Below, piece by piece: positions 40,401 to 51,000 of a DNA stretch of 64,000 nt (the stretch's first letter is position 1; each line of letters opens with the position of its first letter). Source of the DNA: Anaeramoeba ignava BMAN. Its lineage: Eukaryota; Protista; Anaeramoebae. Made by a program: the position numbers and the translations under genes. The DNA lies in NCBI GenBank assembly GCA_028826165.1, contig JAPDFW010000118.1, positions 110,527-174,526 of the forward strand. Direction: 5' to 3'. The notes below the pieces were generated by a model. It worked only from the letters and a program-made list of their open reading frames with translations. It was not told the DNA's origin and searched no databases.

Positions 40401-41786
40401 CAAAGATGTTTTTGTTCCATAAACACCAATTGGATGGAATTTCTTCAGCTGATTTAATTCACTAAATTCAATTTTTGTCATTTCGGGATCATCTTCTTTT
40501 CGAAGCTTTTCTAAATCCAAAAGATCCTGGATTTGATCCCTTTCAATAATGCATTTATCAATTGATGTTGATTCAAATGAATCTGTAAAAACTGAGACAA
40601 TTCTGTATAAATTCGGAATTTTTTGGAAAAGTGGATCAAATCGACCTGCAGTTACATCTGGGTCAACGTCATCGTTATCAGCAATGAAAAGCCAATAATT
40701 ACGATAACGTTCATGTTGTGTTTGTGATGTTCTTTCAATATTTTCTAATTGTGATAATTCTTTGTATTCAAGATTAGTTTCTCTGATTGGGCGATGAACA
40801 ACAACTTGAGTATTTCGATCTTTGAGAAATTTTTTGATTTTGCGATAAAATTTTGATGTTTCCATATCTTTTTTTATGATTTCCCCTCTTAATCTTTGTT
40901 CTTCTAATCTCTCACTTTTTTTTGTATTCAAAAAAATTGTTAAATTTTCATTTTCTTCTTGAAGAATTTTGTAAAGTTCATTTAGTTCTTCTGATTGAAT
41001 TGCTTGGTTAATTTCTTTATATTTTTGTGTGTATTTATCAGGAAGACGAACATATTTACGAATTTCATCTCTAATTGTTTGGTTTGTTTTGTCAAGAGAA
41101 AGAATTTTGTTTTTTAGTTCTTCTTCTAAGAATTTTTGATTTTGGTTTTCATTTTCAATTATATTTTGATTTTCAATTATATTTTGATTTTGAATTTGAT
41201 TTTGAATTTGAATTTCATCTTTTTTATCTTTCTTTTTTTGTTGTTCAATTTTCATCATTTTCATCATTCTTATTCTTATTCTTCTTATTCTTATTTTTCT
41301 TATCTTTCTTTTGTTTTTGTTCCTCATTTCCTTGATTTTCATCATTTTCTTTATTTTTCTTATCTTTCTTATTCTTATCCTTCTTATTTTTCTTATCTTT
41401 CTTATCTTTCTTTTGTTTTTGTTCCTCATTTTCTTGATTTTCATCATTTTCTTTATTTTTCTTATCTTTTTTATTCTTATCCTCCTTATTTTTCTTATCT
41501 TTTTTATTCTTATCCTTCTTATTTTTCTTATTTTTCTTATCTTTCTTTTGTTGTTGTTCCTCATTTTCTTGATTTTCATCATTTTCTTTATTTTTCTTTT
41601 TTTGCTTTTTTTCTTTATTTTCCTTTTTCCTTTTTCTTTATTTTCTTTTTTTTCTTTATTTTCCTTTTTTTCTTTATTTTCTTTATTTTCCTTTTTTTCC
41701 TTTTTTTCCTTGTGTTTTGTTTCTTTGTTTTCTTTGTTTTCTTTGTGTCTCTTTTGTTGATGTTTCTTTCTTTTAACTTCTGACAT
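34443..41786 (-). CDS. Giant (about 2420 aa) VLIG/GVIN-GBP-type P-loop GTPase with Cys/His-rich repeats and a C-terminal vWA domain
   Basis: Exons 41786-37876 and 37803-34443 join across a GT-AG intron to give GNQSSGKSTFLNHLAGSFFDVAGGRCTDGVWM and FLDFEGL (G1, G2, G3). There are repeated CxxxCxxC...HxGxHxC units and a vWA MIDAS (IIDRSGSM...GGTSF...LLTDG). Confidence 0.82.
41230..41740. repeat. Coding low-complexity tandem repeats (K/E/N/D-rich) in the GTPase N-terminus
   Basis: Repeated blocks TTCCTCATTTTCTTGATTTTCATCATTTTCTTTATTTTTCTTATC are visible several times. Confidence 0.8.
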
Positions 41787-42096
41787 TTTTAATTAAAAAA
41801 AAATGAAAAAAAAAATGAAAAAATGAAAAATAAAAATAAAATAAAAAATGGACATTTTTGGAAAATAACATTTAAATCAACAATAACATTAGAAAATAAA
41901 CTCAAATTTCAATTTAAAAAGAATTTATTGAAAATTTTAATTTTCTTTTTTTTTAATAAATAAAAAAGTGGATTAAAATTTCTTTTTTTTCCAATTTAAA
42001 TTGAATTGAAAAAAATTGGAAAAAATTGAAAAAATTGAATTGAAATTGAATTGGAAAAATGTTTGTTTCATTAAGAAAAAAAAATTATTTCTTCTT

Positions 42097-43420
42097 TCAA
42101 TTATCTCTGTCTTTTGCTGGTTCTTTTGCAATAATCTTAAATACTTCAGCTAATTCAATATTATCTTTTGCTAAATGAAAATCTCCATTTCCCAAATTTG
42201 CAATTTGTTTTAAAAATTGAGGAGAATTACCAACATCACTTCCAAAACCAATAGTATGAATAATAAGATCAGGAAAATTAGGAATATTTTGTTGAAGAAG
42301 GTTCATAGTTTGTTGAGGTTCCCAATCTTCACCATCAGTTAAAAGAACAAAAACAGGTCTAATTTGTCTTTCTCTATCATCCAAATTATTAAGTAAATTA
42401 AAACCTCTTTCAAAAGCAACTTTAAAAGAAGTTCCTCCTCTTGGTTTAATATTCCTGCAGTATCTTTCAATCAAATTTGAGTCAACAATTTGAGATTGGA
42501 AAATAGTATCAACTTTACTCATCAAAAGCAATAAAAGTGCATCGATCTTCTTTGTTGTTTTGCATTCGTAAATCTAAGTAATTAATGCAAGATTCATAAA
42601 CTGCTCCTAATCTATTATCATTTGTTTGTTTAACCCAATCATAAACACTTGGTTTTACATCTTTTGATCCCATTGATCCTGATCTGTCAATAATCAAATA
42701 GTGATGATAATTTGCAAATATTCCTGTATTTGGATGATTACAAGGAAAGAAATGGCCATCTGTTGAAGTATATCCTTGTGCTTGTCCATCAGGAATTTCA
42801 TTTGGATCCCAAGGTTTGTGCCACATTGGAAGAACACAATAAGGTGGATGTCTTGCACCTCGTTTGGAAAGATTTTTATCAATATTTTTTGGTTTGTTGG
42901 TTGTTATCTTCTGCATTATCTTCTTCTGTTTCATGAATTTTGATCTACACTTTGCTCCACAACGACTAAATTCAAACTTCTCTTCATTACTAAATCCACT
43001 TTCAAATTTAAGATAATGTTGCCAATAAAAATAACAAGTTGCTTCATAATACTGAACATTATCACTGTATTGATTTTGAGCAAGACGGATATAATTTCTA
43101 TCTTCTTCAGGAATATCATTAAAATTTATATCATTAACAGGAATTAAATGTATATGTCCTCTTCCAAAAAGAATACATTGATGAGTACAAATAAAAGATT
43201 TGGCACTTTCACCTGTTCTTAAGTTAATTTTATTGAATTGAATTGCATCTTGTTCTTTTTCAGTAACAATTATACCATCTTTCATATTTCCATGTCTACA
43301 AAAATGAAGACCAGGATGACCTTTAGGAAGTGAACAGAAATAACCACAAGATTTGCATTTATAACCGCAATAATCATTTTCTTTTTCTTGATTTTGTTCT
43401 TTTTTTGTAACTTCTGACAT
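42097..43420 (-). pseudogene. Internally deleted tandem paralog of the GTPase-vWA gene (start codon region fused to Cys/His + vWA); frameshifted, so either a pseudogene or a short expressed form
   Basis: Highly similar at DNA level to 34470-35735. Starts MSEVTKK versus MSEVKRK, and shares the 3' flank and upstream motif. Has a +1 shift at GAG TAA (42515) and a compensating indel pair at about 42885-42945. Confidence 0.75.
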
Positions 43421-43462
43421 TTTTAATTCAATTTAAAAAAAAAGCAAAAAAAAATGAAATAA

Positions 43463-43592
43463 AAAATGGACATTTTAAAAACAAAAACAAAAACGGACAT
43501 TTTAAAAACAATTAAAATTAAAACAAAAACAAAAGCTAAAACAAAAATAAAAAATGGACATTTTAAAAACAAAAATAAAAAATGGACATTTT
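43463..43592. promoter_or_regulatory. Cluster of four near-palindromic AAAATGGACATTTT motifs in a divergent promoter
   Basis: Copies at 43463, 43490 (variant AAAACGGACATTTT), 43551 and 43579, plus a single copy at 41845 upstream of the parent gene. Confidence 0.45.
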
Positions 43593-43744
43593 AAAAACAA
43601 ACAAAAACAAAAATAAAAACAAAAACAAAAACAAAAACAAAAACAAAAACAAAAACAAAAACAAAAATTAAATCAAAAACAAAAACAAAAATTAAAATTT
43701 CATTTTTTTAATTTCATTTTTTATTTTCATTTTTTATTTTCAAA

Positions 43745-46700
43745 ATGAGAAAAAGATTAATTGGATCATTAGGAGGAAAACATATTTTAGAACAATTAAG
43801 TAAAGAACAACCTGGAAAAGCAATTAAAACTTTTCAAAAAGAAAATGAATTACAAGATAAGCTTAATTAAAATAATAAAAAAAATAAATAAAAAATAAAA
43901 ATAAAAATTTAACGAAAAAGAAAACTTATTTAAATAAAAATAAAAATAAATTATTTTTTTTTTGAAATTATTTTAAAAAAACACTCCCTTCTTCAAAACC
44001 AGCAATAGAACTTTTATCACTTCTTGGATTTACAATGAAAGATATTAATTTAAGCACTCTTAATTTTATAAAAGAAAATACAATATCTTTAATAAAAAAT
44101 TTATCAGTTGAACAACAATTAATTTTTTTGGAAAAAAGTTTTCCATATATTGTTATTGAAGAACTTCAAGAGATTCCCATTTCTATTATGAAAAATTTAC
44201 AAAATGTTCCTGAAAATTTTCTTCGTCAATTAATTCCAAATCAAGATATTTGTTGTGTAAATTAAAATTATTATTAAAATTATTATTAAAATTATTATTA
44301 AATTTATTATTAAAATTATTATTAAAATTATTATTAAATTTATTATTAAAATTATTTATTAAAATTATTATTAAAATTATTATTAAATTTATTATTAAAT
44401 TTATTATTAAAATTATAATTATAATTATTATTAAATTTATTATTAAAATTATTATTAAAATTATTATTAAAATTATTATTAAAATTATTATTAAAATTAT
44501 TATTAAATTTATTATTAAAATTATTATTAAATTTATTATTAAAATTATTATTAAAATTATTATTAAATTTATTATTAAATTTATTATTAAAATTATTATT
44601 AAATTATTATTAAAATTATTTATTAAAATTATTATTAAAATTATTATTAAATTTATTATTAAATTTATTATTAAAATTATTATTAAAATTATTAATAAAT
44701 TTATTATTAAATTTATTATTAAAATTATTATTAAAATTATTATTAAAATTATTATTAAATTTATTATTAAAATTATTATTAAATTTATTATTAAAATTAT
44801 TAAAATTATTATTAAATTTATTATTAAATTTATTATTAAAATTATTATTAAATTTATTATTAAATTTATTATTAAAATTATTATTAAAATTATTATTAAA
44901 TTTATTATTAAATGTATTATTAAATTTATTATTAAAAATTATTATTAAATTTATTATTAAAATTATTATTAAAATTATTAAATTTATTATTAAATTTATT
45001 ATTAAAATTATTATTAAATTTATTATTAAATTTATTATTAAAATTATTATTAAAATTATTATTAAAAATTATTATTATTAAAATTTATTATTAAATTTAT
45101 TATTAAAATTATTATTAAAATTATTATTAAATTTATTATTAAAATTATTATTAAAATTATTATTAAAATTATTATTAAAATTATTATTAAATTTATTATT
45201 AAATTTATTATTAAAATTATTATTAAATTATTATTAAAATTATTATTAAAATTATTATTAAAATTTATTATTAAAATTATTATTAAAATTATTATTAAAA
45301 TTATTATTAAAATTATTATTAAAATTATTATTAAAATTATTATTAAAAATTATTATTAAATTTATTATTATATTTATTATTAAAAATTATTATTAAATTT
45401 ATTATTAAAATTATTAAAATTATTATTAAAATTTATTATTAAATTTATTATTAAAAATTATTAAAATTATTATTAAAATTATTATTAAATTTATTATTAA
45501 AATTATTATTAAAATTATTTTAAAATTATTATTAAATTTATTATTAAAATTATTATTAAAATTTATTATTAAAATTATTATTAATTATAATTATTATTAA
45601 ATTTATTATTAAATTTATTATTAAAATTATTATTAAAATTATTATTAAAATTATTATTAAAATTATTATTAAAATTATTATTAAATTTATTATTAAAATT
45701 ATTATTAAAATTATTATTAAAATTATTATTAAAATTATTATTAAAATTATTAATAAATTTATTATTAAAATTATTATTAAATTTATTATTAAATTTATTA
45801 TTAATTTTATTATTAAATTTATTATTAAATTTATTATTAAATTTATTATTAAAATTATTATTAAAATTATTATTAAAATTATTATTAAAATTATTATTAA
45901 AATTATTATTAAAATTTATTATTAAATTTATTATTAAAATTATTATTAAAATTATTATTAAATTTATTATTAAAATTATTATTAAAATTATTATTAAATT
46001 TATTATTAAAATTATTATTAAAATTATTATTAAATTTATTATTAAAATTATTATTAAATTTATTATTAAAATTATTATTAAATTTATTATTAAATTTATT
46101 ATTAAAATTATTATTAAAATTATTATTAAATTTATTATTAAATTTATTATTTAATTTATTATTAAAATTATTATTAAATTTATTATTAAATTTATTATAA
46201 AAAAAATAAAGAAACTTCCACTTGAAATTCAACAAAAAATATGGGAAATGGAACCAAATGTTTTTCTTCAACAAATCGAACTAATTGTAAATGAATTCCG
46301 ATTTGATTTCCAAGAACAAAATCGGGCTTTAGTACTTTATGGAACACAAATACATCCATCTAAAAGAAGACGAGGGAGTAGATCACTTCAGAAATTACTT
46401 GAAATAATTGGGAGATCACAAAAATTATACAATTTAACACTTGATTATCTACGGGATTTATTTATCAAAACAGCAGATTTGAATATTTGCACTTTTAAAT
46501 CAGGAGTAGTAATGGGAATTCATGATGCTCAAATCACAGAGCTCAATCGTAATAACAAATCACATACATTCACATGGATTTTCGATGCTTGTATTAAAGA
46601 CGGAACATGCCGAGCTTCACGAATTGATGAACTCAAAAAATTCTTTGATTCAATCACTGAAAATGATAAAATTCTTGGTGATATTGCAATGGTTCTTGCT

Positions 46701-48007
46701 GATCCTTTTGCTACTTTCACTTTGGTTAGAAGTATTTTTATTTCTCTTAAAGATCTTGTTCCAAAACAAGAAATTCCAAAAGAAAGTGAGGAATTACGTT
46801 ATCTTACTATTCTTCTTCAAATTGCTTCAGAATGTCATATAACTATACAAAAACCTAAATTTATTGTCCCATCAATTGATAATGAACTTCTTACTATTTT
46901 TTATCCAATGATTGTTTATAGGATAATTGAAGAACAATCAAAATTAGAAAATAAACCTTCTAATTCTAAAGGTTAAATTTAAAATTAAAATTAAATTTAA
47001 AATTGAATTTAAAATTAAAATTAAAATTAAATTTAAAATTAAAATTAAAATTAAAATTTTTTTGAAATTAAAATTAAAATTAAAATTAAAATTTTTAAAA
47101 TTGAATTTAAAATTAAAATTAAAATTAAAATTAAAATTAAAATTAAAATTAAAATTTTTGAAATTAAAATTAAAATTTAAAATTAAAATTAAAATTAAAA
47201 TTGAATTTAAAATTAATTTATAAAATTAAAATTAAAATTAAAATTAATTTATAAAATTAAAATTAAAATTAAAAATTAAAATTAAAATTAAAATTAAAAT
47301 TAAAATTAAAATCAAAATTAAATTTAAAATTGAATTTAAAATTAAAATTAAAATTAAAATTAAAATTAAAATTTTTTTGAAATTAAAATTAAAATTGAAA
47401 TTGAATTTAAAATTAAAATTAAAATTAAAATTGAATTTAAAAAATAGATGAAAATCAATATTCTGATCTAATTAAATTATTGGAATCAAGAAAACCAATT
47501 GCAAGACAAGCTACACTTTATTATATTCTTGATAAAATTTCACAAAATTTTTCAGAATGTCAAATTCTTGAACATCTTTTACCAAGTTTATGTTTAACAA
47601 TTCATGAAGGAAGTCTTGAAGACTTTGCATTTGTTCGTTCACTTATTGTTCTTTTATCCGAAAAAGAAACAGTTACAAATCAACAATGGGTTTGTGTTGT
47701 TGATAAATTTCTTGTTCCTTTATCTACTTTTTCTCTTCAAGTTCATCTTCAATGTCTTGATTTATTTACTTCATCAAGATCAAAACCTATTCATTTAATT
47801 TTGAATTCTGCAAAAAAATTGGCTTCTTTATCTGATCTATTTTTAAATAGAGAACGTGATGCAAGTTTTACTTTCCCAACTCTTTCTTATTTACTTGATG
47901 AATATCGAAATTTGGAAAATATTTTATTATTATCAAAAATTGATCCTTTTTTCTTAGGTCAAATAATATCACTGTTATCAGAATTTATTAATGAATTTCA
48001 TAATTAA
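43745..48007 (+). CDS. NELFB: Negative elongation factor B (COBRA1)
   Basis: Exons 43745-43856, 43985-44256, 46212-46971 and 47448-48007. Matches recalled NELF-B segments: KAIKTFQKEN, LEKSFPYI...LQ.IP..IMKNL..VPE, PSKRRR, LYNLTLDYLRDLFIKT..L.ICT, HTFTWIFDACIK, ILGDIAMVLADPFA. Confidence 0.88.
43857..43984 (+). other. Probable non-canonical AT-AC intron (128 nt)
   Basis: Boundaries CAAG|ATAAGCTT...AAAAACAC|TCCCT. Splicing here gives ENELQVPSSKPAI, colinear with NELF-B ENGVLLPSLQSAL. Confidence 0.6.
44260..46198. repeat. 12-nt minisatellite (TTATTATTAAAA/TTATTATTAAAT) filling NELF-B intron 2
   Basis: Directly visible; same unit as 521-1312. Confidence 0.95.
46975..47440. repeat. Hexamer satellite (AAAATT) in NELF-B intron 3
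   Basis: Directly visible. Confidence 0.92.
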
Positions 48008-48072
48008 TTAATTAATAAAAATTTTAATTTGAGATTTGAAAAATTGTTTTCTTTTTTATTGAAAATTTGAAA

Positions 48073-51000
48073 TCATTTCAAAAACCAAAAAAAAAGTAAA
48101 TCAATTATTGAATTTGGATTGAATTGAAAATAATCTTTCACATCTTCAAATTCTTCAAGAGTACGAAGATTCATAGTTGTTTGATCAAATTCATCATGAT
48201 AAAGAAAATGGATTAATTGTTGAATTGTTTCAAATGATTTTCCTGAATAATCATGAACTTTATTACTTGTATCTTGGACATTCAGAAGAAACATTCCTTT
48301 AAATAATTCACTTCTTGATATTAATATTAATTTATGAACTTTGATTTCTTTTTCTTCAACAATTATTGTAAAATCTTTTGTTGATTCGTTTTGATATAAT
48401 TGATGCAAATCTTTTAAAATTCCTTTTCTTCCTTTTTTTGATTCAATCCAATTTGAATCAAACCCAACTTCTTTGAATAATTCTTCAATTTTCTCTTCTT
48501 TTTCTTTCCAATATCCTTGAATATCAAAGATAAGCTCTTGATTTGGAATGTTTAGATCAAATAGATCTTTAAAGTCAGAAAAATCAAAAAATCCAGAATA
48601 AAGAAAATTTAGAGCAAGTTGAACTTCTTCCTTTGATTTAGTTTTGCAAACTTGAATAAATTTGTTGAAATTTTGTTCATTATTATCAAGTCTTGCTAAA
48701 AGAATCAATTTATGAACACCAATTTCTGAAGTATCAAGTGATTGGATTTGGAAATCGGTAAATTTTGGACTTGATTTTAATAAGTTGTTCAAATCATCAT
48801 TCAATGAATAAATTTGTGAGAAGGCTTGCGAAAAAATAGGAGTAAAACTTTTGAGTGGTAAATAATAAACATTTGGATCATGTATCAGTATTGATTCAAT
48901 TGCTTTCATTTGATTTGAATTAATTGCAAGTAAAAGAGGTGTTTGATCATCATCTGTTTTTTTGTTAATATCTATCCCTTTTTCAATTAAAAATGAGATC
49001 ACTTCACTTGATCCACTTCTACAAGCAAAATGCAAAGCATTAAAATTTCCATCATCAAGGAAACTGATTTCAGCTCCTTTTTCAAGTAAAAACTTCATTA
49101 ATTCAATTGAATTTTTTTGGCAAGCATAATACAAAGGAGTAAAATGTTCTTCTTTGTTCGCATTAACATCAGCTCCTTTTTCAACTAAATATTGGATAAT
49201 TTCAATTGGATTACTTTCACAAGAAAAATGTAAAGGAGTTAAATTTTCATTTGTTTTTGCATTAATATCAGCTCCTTTGGAAATTAGATACTTAATAATT
49301 TCAATAGAACTATTTCGACACGCACGATGTAAAGGTGTGTCATCTTCGTTTGTTTTTGCATTAACATCAGCTCCTTTTTCAATTAGATATTTGACAATTT
49401 CAATAGAGTTATTATCGCAAGCATAATGTAAAGGTGTTTCATTTTCATCTGTTATTGCATTAATATCAGCTCCTTTTTCAATCAACAATTTGATGATTTC
49501 GAATGTTGAATTATGTCCACAAGCAAAATGTAAAGGTGTTTCATCTTCATCTGTTTTTGCATTAACATCAGTACCATTTTCAATTAACAATTTAGCAATT
49601 TCAATTTTGGTTGTTTTTGCAAGCAAAATGCAAAGGGGTTCGACGAGAATATGTTAATGCATCGGTATTAACTCCCTTTTCAATAAAGTACTTAACAATT
49701 TCAAGTGAATTATTTTGGCAAGCAAAATGAAATGCTGTTATATAATCGTCTGTTTCTGCATTAATATTAGCACCATTTTCCACTAAATATTTGATAACTT
49801 CGAGTGAATTACACTCACAAGCTATATGCAAAGCTGTTTCATTAAAAATTGTTTCTGCATTAATATCAATGCCGTGCTGAACCAACAATTTGATAATTTC
49901 AAAAGAATTGTTTTGACAAGCAACATGTAGCAGTGTTTCATTTCGAATTGCTCTAACATTTATATCAGCTCCCTTTTCAATCAGGTATTCAACAACATCT
50001 AAAGAGCATTTGAAACAAGCAAAATATAAAGGTGTTTGATGTTGATTTGTTGCTTCATTCACATCAAGCCCTTTATCAACTAAGTATTCAATAATGTCTT
50101 TTGATAATCCATTTTGGCAAGCAATATGCAAAACTGTTTGATTTTCACTTGTTCTTGCATGGATATCAATTCCTTTTTCAACAAGATATGCAATATTTTT
50201 CTTTGATGATAAATAGGAATTCCCACAAAGTAAATGTAAAGCAGTCTTATTAAATTGTGTTTTTGCATGAATATCAACTCCTTTTTCAATTAAATACTCA
50301 AAATATGATGATAATATGTTTTTTTCACAAGCAATATGCAGGGCTGTTTCATTGAAATTTGTTTTTGCGTTAATATCAATCCCATTTTCGACTAAGAGTT
50401 TAATAATTTTATTTGATGGAACGTTTTCATCACAAGCAATATGCAACGCTGTTTTATTTTCTTTTGTTCTTGCATTTACATCAGCTCCATTCTCAATAAG
50501 AAATTGAAGAACTTCCTTAAAATGATTTTGACAGGCATAATGCAATGGTGTTCGAAGATTATTTGTTTGTGCGTTGATATCAGCTCCTTTGGATATTAAA
50601 TACTCTAGAATATCAATTGAGTGATTTTTGCAAGCATAATGTAAAGGTGTTTCTTGTTCATTTGTTTTCGCATTAATATCAGCTCCTTTGGAAATTAAAT
50701 ATTCAACAAATTCAAGTGAACTATGTTTGCAAACAATATGCAAAGCTGTTTCACGCTTATTTGTTTGAGCATTAATATCAACTCCTTTTGAAATCAAATA
50801 TTCAACAACTTCATTGGAACCATTTTGGCAAGCAAAATGTAAAGCTGTTTCATTATCATTTGTCTTTGCATTAACATCAGCTCCTTTGGAAATTAAATAC
50901 TCAATAACTTCTTTTGAATTTTTTTGGCAAGCAAAATGTAAAGGTGTTTCATTTTTATCAGTTCTTGCATTAACATCAGCCCCGTTTTCTACCAAATATC

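Noticed and set aside
41250-41630. Protamine-like K/R/I-rich segment in the GTPase N-terminus, and hydrophobic antisense ORFs 41136..41783 and 41311..41760
   Set aside because: The basic reading lies between two compensating indels; the other frame gives KENDENQENEEQ repeats matching the flanks. The antisense ORFs are shadows of a purine-rich strand.
34443-41786. Intein in the GTPase or vWA region
   Set aside because: The G1-G3 and MIDAS motifs are contiguous after splicing; no C-x...HN-C/S/T Hint boundaries or LAGLIDADG motifs were seen.
44250-46274. ORFs 44250..44948 and 45909..46274
   Set aside because: Readings of the satellite in NELF-B intron 2.
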